64,000 bases of DNA from an uncultured Spirochaetota bacterium (GCA_963734495.1 CAVTHK010000001.1:704001-768000); one strand, 5' to 3'; positions 40,858 to 50,637 are shown, numbered from the stretch's first letter. Notes: generated by a model from the sequence alone, not told the origin. Program-made: numbers and translations.

Positions 40858-42252
40858 GTGAGACCCAACGTGCTTTTCCTGTTTGCGGACCAGCTACGGG
40901 CTTCGTCGTTGCCCTTGTTCGGGGAACACCAGGTGGCGACCCCGAATATCGATCGACTGGCGAGGCAGGGAACCAGCTTTACCAACGTCTTTTCCACGTG
41001 CCCCGTGTGCACTCCGTACCGGTCGATGCTCTTGACCGGCCGCCATCCCCAGACTACGGGACACCTCTGCAACTTTGTCCGTACGCGGCACGACGAGATC
41101 GGCATCGGCGATGCGTTTGCCCGTGCGGGATACGCTACCGCCTGGGTCGGCAAGTGGCACCTGCATACCGGGTCATTCCCGGAGATCGGCGGCGAGGATT
41201 TCGTCCCCGAAGGACGCGACAGGCTCGGTTTTGGGTTCTGGCGGGGCTACAACTTCCACATGCAGTACTTTGGCGGATGGGTCAACCGGGGCGACTGGCG
41301 CTGCGAAAAGTGGGAGGGCTACGAGACCACCGCCCTCAATCGCCACGCGTTCGAGTTTCTTGACAGCGTAGGCGACAGGCCGTTCTGCCTGTTCATCTCG
41401 CCGCATCAGCCGCACTTTACGCCCTTCAAATCGGCCCCCGACGAAGTCTACAAGCGACTCCCGGAGCGGCTCGAATTGCCGGCAAATGTGCCCGACGATG
41501 CAAGAGCTCAGGCCCTCAAAGCGTATCGCGACTACCTCGCGATGGTTCTGACCGTGGACGACATGCTTGGCGAGATCCTCGACCGCCTGGAACGGACCGG
41601 AAAGGCGGACAACACGCTCGTCATATTCACTTCGGATCACGGGACGGAGATGGGCGCCCATGGTGTTCCGCCCTGGAACAAGATGACGCCTCACATGGAG
41701 TCAATGCATGTTCCGTTCGTTGCGCGTCTTCCCGGTGTGCTGCCGGCGGGTGGAACGCGGGACACGCTGGTGGCTCCGGTGGACCTCTTTCCAACCATTT
41801 GTGGTCTGTGCGATGTCCCGGTTCCCCGCACGGTGGAGGGGTACGATCTGAGCCGCGCCTTTGTCGGCGCCGCTGGCGCCTTCGAGCAACAGGCTCTGTT
41901 CACGATGAACTTTACCGCCGCCTACAATCACCTCGAAACCGGCCGGGAGTGGCGCGGCGTGGTCACGAAGGACGGGTGCTACACGCGCTGGCTGGATGGC
42001 CAGGTCGAGCTCTACGACCTGGAGAAAGATCGGCTGCAGACCAGGAACCTGGCGGCCGATCCCGCGTACGGCCGACAGGTTCGGGAGCTCGAACAGCAGC
42101 TCAAGCGATTCATGCTGGCGCGCGGCGACCGGCTGTCTCCGTGCACTGACCTCGCGGGCTGGTTCGACGCGCAGCGACGGATCGTGCGCAACGGCTACGG
42201 GCCGCTGCGTGATCCCGAGGCTGCCCCGGACTGGTCGTTGCTTTACCGGTAG
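40858..42252 (+). CDS. Sulfatase (Cys-type)
   Basis: RPNVLFLFADQLR, CTPYR motif, VGKWHL, PHQPH, SDHG; GAGGAGG RBS. Confidence 0.92.
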   Translation: MRPNVLFLFADQLRASSLPLFGEHQVATPNIDRLARQGTSFTNVFSTCPVCTPYRSMLLTGRHPQTTGHLCNFVRTRHDEIGIGDAFARAGYATAWVGKWHLHTGSFPEIGGEDFVPEGRDRLGFGFWRGYNFHMQYFGGWVNRGDWRCEKWEGYETTALNRHAFEFLDSVGDRPFCLFISPHQPHFTPFKSAPDEVYKRLPERLELPANVPDDARAQALKAYRDYLAMVLTVDDMLGEILDRLERTGKADNTLVIFTSDHGTEMGAHGVPPWNKMTPHMESMHVPFVARLPGVLPAGGTRDTLVAPVDLFPTICGLCDVPVPRTVEGYDLSRAFVGAAGAFEQQALFTMNFTAAYNHLETGREWRGVVTKDGCYTRWLDGQVELYDLEKDRLQTRNLAADPAYGRQVRELEQQLKRFMLARGDRLSPCTDLAGWFDAQRRIVRNGYGPLRDPEAAPDWSLLYR

Positions 42253-42618
42253 CGACCCGCTCGGCAGCGTCCGTCCGCGCAAGCTCCGAGTGCCGTCGCA
42301 TCCACGCCTGGCTTGCGCCTTCGACGACGTGGTAGATATGCGAGAGGCTCACCCCGTACTGCCGGGCCAGGTCCGTGCGCGGCACGCCTGCTTTGTAGTT
42401 GGCCTGGATGCGCGCGACGTCCCTTTCTGTGGGCCTCTTCGTGAACCTGCGTCGCTGGCGCACCGCCCGCAGCTGCCAGGAACAGGCCCTGAGCGTGAAG
42501 CTCGCGTCGGAATGCCGGCGGACCAGCGAGTAACCCTTGGGCCTTGGCCCGAGGTCCGCGAGGGAGGCCTCGAAGCTGTCCGATCGCCTGGCGATGGTGC
42601 TGCATGACCGCCTGCGAT

Positions 42619-42682
42619 CTGTTAGGCGTGTAGCACGAATGCAGCGAACCGTTCGCTCTAGGCGGCCGCGCAACGACACTGT
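42619..42682 (+). repeat. Dispersed ~64-bp repeat, copy 3
   Basis: CTGTTAGGCGTGTAGCACGAATGCAGCGAACCGTTCGCTCTAGGCGGCCGCGCAACGACACTGT. Confidence 0.8.
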
Positions 42683-42695
42683 GCGCGGGCCGCCT

Positions 42696-43541
42696 TCACT
42701 TTTCCGTCTCGGTCATTCCTGCCACGAACTGCTTTTGCATGAGCACGACCACGATGACGGGAGGTAGCATGGCGATCAGAGTCGTCGCCATGATGATCTG
42801 CCACTCCGCCTGCGCGTCGCCGACTGCGAGCATCCGGTTGATGCCTATCAGCAGCGTGTAGTACTGCTCCTTGGTCGTGATGAGCAGAGGCCAGAGGTAC
42901 TGATTCCAGCCATAGATGAACTGGATGACGAACATGGCCGCGATCGGCGTGCGCGTCATGGGCACGAGGACCCGCGAAAAGAACTGCATGGGACCCGCGC
43001 CGTCGATCTGCGAGGCCTCGGCCATTTCTCGCGGCACCGACATGAAGAACTGCCGGAACAGAAACACCGCCGTGGCCGACACGATCATGGGGAGGATGAG
43101 ACCCCAGTAGGTGTTGAGCATGCCGAGGTCAGATATGACCTTGTAGGTCGGCATGATGCGCACCTCCACGGGCAGCATCAGGGTCACAAAGATCGACCAG
43201 AAACAGAAGCTGCGCAGCCTGAAGTTGAAAAACACGATGGCATACGCGGCGAGCAGGGAGACAGCGATCTTGCCCACGGAGATGCCTATGGCCATGATCA
43301 GCGAGTTCTTCATCATGGTCAGAGCGGACGCACCGAGGTTCTTGGAGCCCTCCCGCAGGGCGCGAGCGTAGTTCTCCGCAACATGCGAACCGGGCAGCAT
43401 CGACATGGGTGCGTGCAGGATCTCGGGCAGGGTTCGCGTCGAAGCCACCACGACCAGCCAGATCGGAAAGACGATGACGAACAGGGCGACTGCAAGAAAG
43501 AGGTGGGGCAGGGCCCGCTTGACGATCGTGCGCTCCGCCAC
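42696..43541 (-). CDS. ugpE: sn-glycerol-3-phosphate ABC permease
   Basis: GKIAVSLLAAYA, TLMLPVEVRI, EASQIDGAGP, FIYGWNQYLWP, GMTETEK. Confidence 0.9.
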   Translation of the reverse strand: MAERTIVKRALPHLFLAVALFVIVFPIWLVVVASTRTLPEILHAPMSMLPGSHVAENYARALREGSKNLGASALTMMKNSLIMAIGISVGKIAVSLLAAYAIVFFNFRLRSFCFWSIFVTLMLPVEVRIMPTYKVISDLGMLNTYWGLILPMIVSATAVFLFRQFFMSVPREMAEASQIDGAGPMQFFSRVLVPMTRTPIAAMFVIQFIYGWNQYLWPLLITTKEQYYTLLIGINRMLAVGDAQAEWQIIMATTLIAMLPPVIVVVLMQKQFVAGMTETEK

Positions 43542-43554
43542 TTTCAGCCGCTCC

Positions 43555-44439
43555 TCAGTAGGTGACCTTCCGCTCGATAAAGCGGAACTGCAGGACGGTA
43601 AGCCCGACCACGAGCACCATCAGCACCACGGACTGGGCCGCCGAGGAGCCGAGGTCCAGATTGATCACGCCGTCTTTGTAGACCTTGTAGACGAGGATAC
43701 TCGTGGCCTGGCCCGGCCCGCCCCAGGTAACCTGGTGAATGATGGGGAAGGTCTCGAAAAAGGCGTACACGAGGTTCATCACTACGAGGTAGAACGTTGT
43801 CGGCGACAGCAGCGGGAAGACGATCGACCAGAACCGCCTCGTCGGCCCCGCCCCGTCGATCGACGAAGCTTCTACGAGTGACGCCGGCACGTTCTGCAGC
43901 CCCGCGAGGAAGAAGACAAAGTTGTAGGAGATCTGCTTCCACGATGCGGCGAGCGTCACGAGGAGGAACGCCTGGCTGCTCTTGAGCAGGTGGTTCCACT
44001 CGACGCCGAAATCGTGCTCGAGAAAGTAGGCAACCACCCCCACGTTCGGGTTGAACATGAAGAGCCAGAGGATCCCCGCCACAAAGGTGGCCACGGCGTA
44101 CGGCCAGATGAGCATGGTCTGGTAGAAGATCGTTCCCCGGATCTTCTTGTGCGTCTGCACGGCCAGGAAGAGCGCGATCGTGAGGGCCGTGAACGCTACG
44201 AGGCCCGCGAAAACGAATGACCTGACGAGCGAGTCCAGGTAGGCGGGATCCTTGAGCAGTTTGCCGTAGTTCTCGACGCCGACAAAGATCATCGACAGCC
44301 CGAAAGGGTCCTGGATGAAGAGGGATTGCCAGACCGCCTGGGCGGCGGGCCAGAAGAAGAAGACGAAGACGACGACCATCTGCGGCAGCACGAGCAGGTA
44401 GGGCAGCCTTCTGCTGGGGAACTCGTACTGTTTCGACAT
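43555..44439 (-). CDS. ugpA: sn-glycerol-3-phosphate ABC permease
   Basis: FFWPAAQA, WKQISYNFVFFLAGLQ, DLGSSAAQSV, QFRFIERKV. Confidence 0.9.
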   Translation of the reverse strand: MSKQYEFPSRRLPYLLVLPQMVVVFVFFFWPAAQAVWQSLFIQDPFGLSMIFVGVENYGKLLKDPAYLDSLVRSFVFAGLVAFTALTIALFLAVQTHKKIRGTIFYQTMLIWPYAVATFVAGILWLFMFNPNVGVVAYFLEHDFGVEWNHLLKSSQAFLLVTLAASWKQISYNFVFFLAGLQNVPASLVEASSIDGAGPTRRFWSIVFPLLSPTTFYLVVMNLVYAFFETFPIIHQVTWGGPGQATSILVYKVYKDGVINLDLGSSAAQSVVLMVLVVGLTVLQFRFIERKVTY

Positions 44440-44462
44440 CGGTGTTTCTGCCGGCGCAAAGA

Positions 44463-44490
44463 GGGCTGCCCGGACCGCTCCGGACAGCCC
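44463..44490. terminator. Hairpin between ugpB and ugpA
   Basis: GGGCTGCCCGGA...TCCGGACAGCCC. Confidence 0.4.
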
Positions 44491-44515
44491 CCGCTGACGA
44501 CCGATTGACGCGATG

Positions 44516-45823
44516 TTACCTGTTGGCGCGCTCGAACTCGCGGAGCTTCTCGTTGCCGAGGCGCACCATATTGTCGAGGCCTTCTTTCACAGTGACTTTT
44601 CCGTCAAGGATCGCCTCCCACTGCTCGTCTTCGATGGTGCGGATCTGCGGCATGAAGCCGAAGCGCAGGCCCAGAGTGTTTTCTGTCGGCGGCTTCTTGA
44701 GGAGTTGCTGTATCGCCACTTCGGGGCCCGGGTTGGCTTTGTAGTATCCCTGCGATTTCGTGAGCTCATAGGCCGCCTTGGTAATGGGAAGGTAGCCCGT
44801 CTCCTGATGCCAGAAGGCCTGGGTGTCGGCCCGCGACAGGAAGGTGAAGAACCTGGCGACTGCCTTGTAGTCGGCCGCGGACTTTCTGCCCATGACCCAC
44901 AGGCTCGCGCCGCCGATGATGGAGTTCTGAGGCGCGCCGGGGACATCCGCGTAGTACGGCAACTCGGCGACGCCGAAATCGAACTTGCAGGTCGCCTTCA
45001 TCGAGCCGTAACCGCCGATCGACTCGAAGTGTATGGGGACCTGGCCGGAGGTGAAGAGCGAGTTGGCTTTGTTCTCGCGGCCGCCGTACACGAACACCTT
45101 CTCCTTGCTCAGGTTGTAGAGGTTCGTGAGGTGCCTGAGCTGCAGAGGACCGTTGAAGACCAGGGTCGTGTCGAGACCGTCGAATCCGTTCGCCTTGGTC
45201 CCGAAGGGCACATTGTGCCACGCGGAGAAGTTCTCGAGCTGGATCCAGGAGATCCAGTTGGTGGTCATGCCGCCCTCGAAGCCGGCGGCTTTCAGCTTTC
45301 TCGCGGCGTCGAACAGCTCCGGCCATGTCGCGAGCGGCTTCTCGGGGTCGAGGCCCGCCTTTCGGAAGGCGTCCTTGTTGTAGTAGTAGACCGCGGTCGA
45401 GGAGTTAAAGGGCATGGAGAGCATGTCGCCCTTGGCAGTGGAGTAATAGCCGGTGATCGTCGGGATATAGGCCTTGGGGTCGAACGGCTCCTTGTTCTCC
45501 GCCATCAACTGGTAGACGGGCTTGATCGCCCCCTTGGCGGCCATCATGGTCGCGGTCCCCACCTCGTATACCTGCAGGATCGCCGGGGGCGAGCCCGCGC
45601 GGAACGCGGCGATGCCGGCGTTCATCGTGTCGGGGTAGGAACCCTTGTATACCGAGACGACCTTGTAGTCGCTCTGGCTTGCGTTGAAGTTCTCGCAGAT
45701 CTTGGCTGTGATCTCACCGTTCTTTCCGCCCATTGCGTGCCAGAACTCGATTGTGACCGGTTCTGCCAGAGCGGAGACGGCGATGACCGCTGCCGCGATG
45801 AGAGCCGCGACAATCCGTTTCAC
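44516..45823 (-). CDS. ugpB: sn-glycerol-3-phosphate-binding protein
   Basis: FWHAMGG, QVYEVGTATMM, SMPFNSST, ENFSAWHN, QNSIIGGASLW, WHQETGYLP. Confidence 0.92.
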   Translation of the reverse strand: MKRIVAALIAAAVIAVSALAEPVTIEFWHAMGGKNGEITAKICENFNASQSDYKVVSVYKGSYPDTMNAGIAAFRAGSPPAILQVYEVGTATMMAAKGAIKPVYQLMAENKEPFDPKAYIPTITGYYSTAKGDMLSMPFNSSTAVYYYNKDAFRKAGLDPEKPLATWPELFDAARKLKAAGFEGGMTTNWISWIQLENFSAWHNVPFGTKANGFDGLDTTLVFNGPLQLRHLTNLYNLSKEKVFVYGGRENKANSLFTSGQVPIHFESIGGYGSMKATCKFDFGVAELPYYADVPGAPQNSIIGGASLWVMGRKSAADYKAVARFFTFLSRADTQAFWHQETGYLPITKAAYELTKSQGYYKANPGPEVAIQQLLKKPPTENTLGLRFGFMPQIRTIEDEQWEAILDGKVTVKEGLDNMVRLGNEKLREFERANR

Positions 45824-46100
45824 GTTACTTACCTCCTTGAATGACCGGGAGAGCCTCGCCCGCGAGCGGGTCGTCCCTGGGGCAGGATTGTAGACCCGTT
45901 TGCGGAGGTGCGCAACGTGAGGTTCCGCGGCCTCCGCGGCCCGGGGATCGCTACACGGAGGCCGGCACGTCTCGCCTGCCGAGGCGCCTGCTCACCGGAC
46001 GGTCCTCGCCCCCGGCGTCTTGCTGTTCCATCCGTTGTTGGCAGGGGCCTTTTTCCGGGGTATCCTGCGCTCATCCTGCGCGGGGGAGCGTGAGAGCGCG

Positions 46101-47105
46101 ATGATAGATCGGTGCGCGGCCTGCGGTTCGGCAACGTGGTCGATCACGGAGCGGTGGGAGGGTTACGAGCTGGCCACCTGCGAGGCCTGCGGGCTGACCT
46201 TCACGCGCAATCCCGACTACAGCTCGCAGCGCTATCTGGCCGCCTATGGGCAGGCTCGTGGCGAGGCGCCGGTGCCTGAAGAGCAGGCGTACAAGTACAG
46301 CATGCCGGCGAGACGCCTGGAGCTGGAGAGTCTGGCTTATCTCGCTCCCGCTCCCCGGCTGACTCCCGCCCAGCGGCAGGCTCTGATCTGGCTGAAAGCG
46401 AACCTCCCCGTCGGCGCGACCGTGCTGGACTACGGCTGCGGGTCCGGCATCTTTCTCTCGGCCCTGTATCGGGCGCATTTCCAGGCCGTCGGGCTGGAGG
46501 TAGCCGATCGGCTGGTGCAACTGCTCCGCTGCCGCGGGTTCCAGGCGATCGCGGCCTCGACGCCCGACTTCGCCTGGAGCGGCGGCGCGCCGGCGGCGAT
46601 CACCTTCTTTGAAGTCCTGGAACATTTCCCCGATCCTCAGACGGTGATCGGCGCATTGAAGCGCCGCTTTCCCGACGCAAAGATCCTGGCCAGCGTGCCT
46701 TCGCCGTTTCGCTCCTATCTCTTCCTCGACGGCGAGCGCAGCGGCTCGGACCTGCCGCCGAACCACTTCCTGCGCTGGACTCCGAAGGCCCTGGAGCTCT
46801 TCTTCCGGCGCGCCGGCTACGGCTCGGCGACCGTGGTGCTGCCGGCGCCCGTGGGCTCGGAGCTGATGCCTGGCGCGGGCCAGCTGCTGGCCGGGCTCGC
46901 AGGCAGGAAACGGCCGGCATCTTCCGGCGGCGCGAATCGTGTCGGCGGCGACACTACGCCCCGCTTCGGCAGGCTCAGCGCAACGGCCGTGCTCTGGCTG
47001 CAGAAGTCGTACCAGACGGCCATGGACCTGGTCGGTGCGCCCCGAGCCCGCCAAGCCGCTCGCAAAGGGGCATCGGCCGGTTCCATGCTTGTGATCGCGG
47101 AATGA
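46101..47105 (+). CDS. Class I SAM-dependent methyltransferase with N-terminal Zn ribbon
   Basis: CAAC...CEAC, VLDYGCGSG, FEVLEHFPDP, PPNHF. Confidence 0.85.
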   Translation: MIDRCAACGSATWSITERWEGYELATCEACGLTFTRNPDYSSQRYLAAYGQARGEAPVPEEQAYKYSMPARRLELESLAYLAPAPRLTPAQRQALIWLKANLPVGATVLDYGCGSGIFLSALYRAHFQAVGLEVADRLVQLLRCRGFQAIAASTPDFAWSGGAPAAITFFEVLEHFPDPQTVIGALKRRFPDAKILASVPSPFRSYLFLDGERSGSDLPPNHFLRWTPKALELFFRRAGYGSATVVLPAPVGSELMPGAGQLLAGLAGRKRPASSGGANRVGGDTTPRFGRLSATAVLWLQKSYQTAMDLVGAPRARQAARKGASAGSMLVIAE

Positions 47106-47120
47106 CCCCGCTTGCCGTCC

Positions 47121-47906
47121 CTAGGCGGCGGCCCTGAGGAAGGTTTCGAACATCCCGAGGAACGCGTCCATGCTCGCGATGTGCAGTGCGTGGCCGCCCG
47201 GGAGCTCGCGCACGGACGCGTTCGGCATCTCCTCGCCCAGGGCATCGATGATGCGGTTCAGCCATGGCGAGCTTCCGCTTCCCTTGAAGAGCAGAGTCGG
47301 TTTCCGGAAAGAGCGCACCTTGGCGATGTCTTCCTCATGGCGGAAGGGGGCGTCCCCGTGTCTCAGGGATTGCCGGTGCTGCACCCACGAGGGCCAGGAA
47401 GGCAGCGCGCGCGGGTCCACGCCGTTAGGGACAAAGCCGGCAAAATGGGAGAACCATGCGAGCTGGTCCTCGGTGACGTCCAGCGGCCCCAGCGTGCGCA
47501 GCTTCTCCTGGTGCTCGACGAGAGCGCTCGTAAAGGCCCCACGCGCCCGCAGGACCCACGCAGCCGGCGGCTCGATCAGGGTGAGCGTTCGCACGCGACC
47601 CGGGTTTCGCGCGGCGAAGCTCAGCGTCACCTCCGCGCCGAACGACCAGGCCGCAAAGTGAGCAAGGCGGATCCCGGCGGAGTCCAGCGCCGAAGCGAGG
47701 GCGTCCACCTCCATGTCCACCGAGTAGTCGCTTGGGACGGGCGTACCGCTGAGTCCGAGGTCGACGTTGAGGAGCTGCACCCGGACCACCGTGTAGCTGG
47801 CGGACAGCCTGGCGGCATGCGGCTTCCAGCTGAGCCAGCCCGTGAGGCCGCCTGGCACCAGGACCATGGGGTCCCCGCGTCCAGAAGTCTCCATCTTCAT
47901 CTGCAT
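47121..47906 (-). CDS. Alpha/beta hydrolase
   Basis: VLVPGG, AWSFG nucleophile elbow, LIEPP, PGGH. Confidence 0.85.
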   Translation of the reverse strand: MQMKMETSGRGDPMVLVPGGLTGWLSWKPHAARLSASYTVVRVQLLNVDLGLSGTPVPSDYSVDMEVDALASALDSAGIRLAHFAAWSFGAEVTLSFAARNPGRVRTLTLIEPPAAWVLRARGAFTSALVEHQEKLRTLGPLDVTEDQLAWFSHFAGFVPNGVDPRALPSWPSWVQHRQSLRHGDAPFRHEEDIAKVRSFRKPTLLFKGSGSSPWLNRIIDALGEEMPNASVRELPGGHALHIASMDAFLGMFETFLRAAA

Positions 47907-48025
47907 CGGACGAAAGTACTGATGATCCCGCCCGCCCGCACAGCGGGCGCGGGCATGAGGCGCGTGAGGGACGTGAGGGCCGCGGGCGTAAGGCCCCGCA
48001 GCCCCGTGCCGCGCACGCGGGCAAA

Positions 48026-48050
48026 CAAAAACCGCCCCTCGCGGGGCGGT
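48026..48050 (-). terminator. Rho-independent terminator of the 48081..48713 gene
   Basis: ACCGCCCC-TCGC-GGGGCGGT stem preceded by an A-run on + (U-tract on -). Confidence 0.7.
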
Positions 48051-48080
48051 CGTTGGGCGAGCCCGCGTGGGGCCCGCGAG

Positions 48081-48713
48081 TCACGGCATCACTGTTCCGA
48101 GCTTTACCGAATTGGACACCTCTTCGATGGAAAGCACGTCGCAGGTCAACGTGTACTGGCTCTTCTTGCCGTCCTTCCCCGAATAGTACGAATTGAACCT
48201 TCCGGCGTTGTAGGCTTCGTCGGAATACTTCAGGACGTCGACGTTCGCTACTTTGAAATGAACGAAGTACCTTCCGCTCTTCCCGTTCACGGTGACGCCG
48301 GGCACGTACAGCGTTCCCCTGCGGCCGACTTCGGCCAGGTTCAGGGCGTTCTGGCCATAGGTGAGCTGGACTGTGACTGCGTCCGTGCCGCCCTTGACAG
48401 CGTACGCCCACTGCGTGATCGTCGAGATGCCGACACTTCCATCCGGATTCGTGGACATGACGTTCCCGACAAAGCTCTTCGGCGCGGCGTACCCGGGGGC
48501 CTTCGCCTTGGCCGTGCTGGCCAGGTCCGACGATCCGCCCTGCAGAGCCTTTGCCACCGCCTCGAACGCGTCACCCGTCAAGGTCGCCTTGGTCTCCGAC
48601 GCGGAGCTGTACGCATCGACGTACGCGCCGGGCCTCGCCTGAGCCCAGACGTTCAGGCCCGCGACGAGAGCAAAGGCTCCCACGACGCCGGCGATTCTCG
48701 CGAAGGTTCTCAT
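48081..48713 (-). CDS. Secreted hypothetical protein (possible split beta-barrel)
   Basis: AGGAGG RBS, signal peptide ending VWA-Q, own terminator; VMSTNPDGSVGIS. Confidence 0.65.
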   Translation of the reverse strand: MRTFARIAGVVGAFALVAGLNVWAQARPGAYVDAYSSASETKATLTGDAFEAVAKALQGGSSDLASTAKAKAPGYAAPKSFVGNVMSTNPDGSVGISTITQWAYAVKGGTDAVTVQLTYGQNALNLAEVGRRGTLYVPGVTVNGKSGRYFVHFKVANVDVLKYSDEAYNAGRFNSYYSGKDGKKSQYTLTCDVLSIEEVSNSVKLGTVMP

Positions 48714-48804
48714 TCGCTACATCCTCCTTTGCGCGTGGTTCTAGCCTTTGGCGTGAGAGTGTCAAACGAACCGATACCGGGGCGCGGACAGTCCCGCCCG
48801 TTCC

Positions 48805-49200
48805 CTATGCGATGGCGAGCTTCGCCGAGCTGGACCACAACCCGTGGATGTTGCAGTAGGACGAAGCGAGGATCGTTCCGGGCTTCTCCGTTTTGAACGC
48901 GCAGCTCAGGCTGGGGCTGGTGTAGACCGTGCTGGTGTCGGGTCCTTCCGGCGACTCGCCGTGCGCCGCGAAATCCATGCGGGCGACCTGGAACGGAAAC
49001 TTCGCGCCGTCCGGCTGGAAATATACCTCGATCCACCTGATGTGGTGGGGCGTCGTGTTCGGGTGAGCGATTTCCTTCCCGACGCTCACCTTGACCTGGA
49101 CGGGTTCCCCTTTTTTCGCAGCAGCGGCGGTCTCGATGACCGGCACGTGCTTTTCCTTTTTCCAATCCGCGGACTGATAGAGATCCTTCATTTCTGACAT
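48805..49200 (-). CDS. Superoxide reductase (class II SORL / neelaredoxin-like)
   Basis: EKHVP, HPNTTPHHIRWI, YCNIHGLW. Confidence 0.93.
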   Translation of the reverse strand: MSEMKDLYQSADWKKEKHVPVIETAAAAKKGEPVQVKVSVGKEIAHPNTTPHHIRWIEVYFQPDGAKFPFQVARMDFAAHGESPEGPDTSTVYTSPSLSCAFKTEKPGTILASSYCNIHGLWSSSAKLAIA

Positions 49201-49383
49201 AGCGACTCCTTCCTTGATTGGTTTTTTTCGGGCGGCCCCGTTGCGCTCAGTGTACAGAAATCTCCCCCTGCGGCAAAGCGAAATGCCCGGAATTTGAGGT
49301 CCGGTGATGCCGACGAGAAGACCGCCCGGGTCGCGGGCTCCGGCGACCGGCAGGGGGCCGGTGCCCGCCGCAAGGCCGCGGAG

Positions 49384-50637
49384 TCAGAACAGCCCGGTCT
49401 TCTGCTGGAGGCTCAGAAGCAGGGACACGTCGTTGCGCGCGCGGCTGTTCGTCGTGCTCGTGGGGCCGGGGTTGTTCACGTACTCTGCGCCGGCGCCAAG
49501 AACGAGGCCGGTGAGCAGCCCGAACCGGGCCTCGCCCCGCACGATATTGGCATACTTGCTGGTGTACGGAGCGCCTGCGTCTACCGAGTAATGATCGAAC
49601 ACCCATTGGAAGTCGAAAGACAGGCTGTCGATCGGCTGGAGGTTGATCGAAGAAATCACCGACCACTCGTAGCTCGAGTCGAGATCGCGGTTGGTGATGA
49701 ACCGCGACCCGACGCCCCACAGGGGAGCGTCGTACGATACCACCGCCCCCCAGAGAGCGTCGACCCGGTAGCTCACCGACGTCGGGGCGGCCGTCGTGTT
49801 GCTCGGGGAGTGCGCGACAACCGTCTTTGAGGCATTGGGGTGAGACAGGGCGGCAGCCGTGCCTCCGAAGCGCAGGCCGGCCCACCGCGTCTCGAGCTCC
49901 AGCGCGCCCTTGTGCGTCGTGATCCACGTCCCCGGGTCATACTCGAAGTCGGGGAGGGCGAGCTGGTAATCGAGGTCCGCATGCAGGTATCGGGAGAACC
50001 AGTGGGAAACCTCCAGCTCCGCCCGCGGCTCGAAGCGGTACGCGCTGGAATCGGGCATCGGCTTACTGGCCCCTGTGTAGTCGTACCTGCGGAGGGCGCC
50101 GCTCGCCTTGACGTATGATTCCGGGCGATAGAACCACGACACTCCCGCGAAACCCTTGTATCGCGTGTAGAAGATGTCGTCCGTCCAGCCGCCCCCGGCT
50201 TCGAGCTCCAGCCGGTCCAGGCCCCCGTACCACAGCGATCCGTCCACGGCCGTCCGCGACGTTCCGGGCTCGGTTCCGCCGTACCATGCCCGCACGATCA
50301 GCCCGCGGGATAGTCTGAGGGCCTTCAAGTCATCCTGGGCTTCGCGGTCGCCGGGGTCGATGGCGACGGCATTCTCAAACGCGCGCGCGGCGGCCCTGAA
50401 GTTGCGGAGCCCTCGCTGTGCCCAGGCGACCCTCTTCCACGCGGCGGCGCTCTCGCCGCCCGCCGCGATGGCCGAGGTGTAGGCCGACAGCGCGCCGGCG
50501 TAGTCGCCCTGCTCGCGCAGCAGATCCCCGCGCGCCAGGGCGTCCTGACCGGCGTTGCCGGGAGCGGGGTTGGCCTGTCCGTTGACCAGGGCGGGGACCA
50601 CGAGGAGGCAAAGCAGAGCAGAAAGGAAGCCGCGCAT
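49384..50637 (-). CDS. TPR + outer-membrane beta-barrel protein
   Basis: Signal peptide; TPR-like helices (ALARGDLLREQGDYAGALSAYTSAI...AFENAVAIDPGD); aromatic alternating strands; C-terminal Phe. Confidence 0.7.
   Translation of the reverse strand: MRGFLSALLCLLVVPALVNGQANPAPGNAGQDALARGDLLREQGDYAGALSAYTSAIAAGGESAAAWKRVAWAQRGLRNFRAAARAFENAVAIDPGDREAQDDLKALRLSRGLIVRAWYGGTEPGTSRTAVDGSLWYGGLDRLELEAGGGWTDDIFYTRYKGFAGVSWFYRPESYVKASGALRRYDYTGASKPMPDSSAYRFEPRAELEVSHWFSRYLHADLDYQLALPDFEYDPGTWITTHKGALELETRWAGLRFGGTAAALSHPNASKTVVAHSPSNTTAAPTSVSYRVDALWGAVVSYDAPLWGVGSRFITNRDLDSSYEWSVISSINLQPIDSLSFDFQWVFDHYSVDAGAPYTSKYANIVRGEARFGLLTGLVLGAGAEYVNNPGPTSTTNSRARNDVSLLLSLQQKTGLF

Noticed and set aside
25026-42682. 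CRISPR array or integron attC cassettes from the repeats (GTTAGGC core)
   Set aside because: Copies are ~9 kb apart; no matching RYYYAAC or palindromic attC fold seen; no cas or intI genes in the window
42696-45823. ugpBAE lacking ugpC as a novelty
   Set aside because: CUT1 transporters often share an ATPase encoded elsewhere
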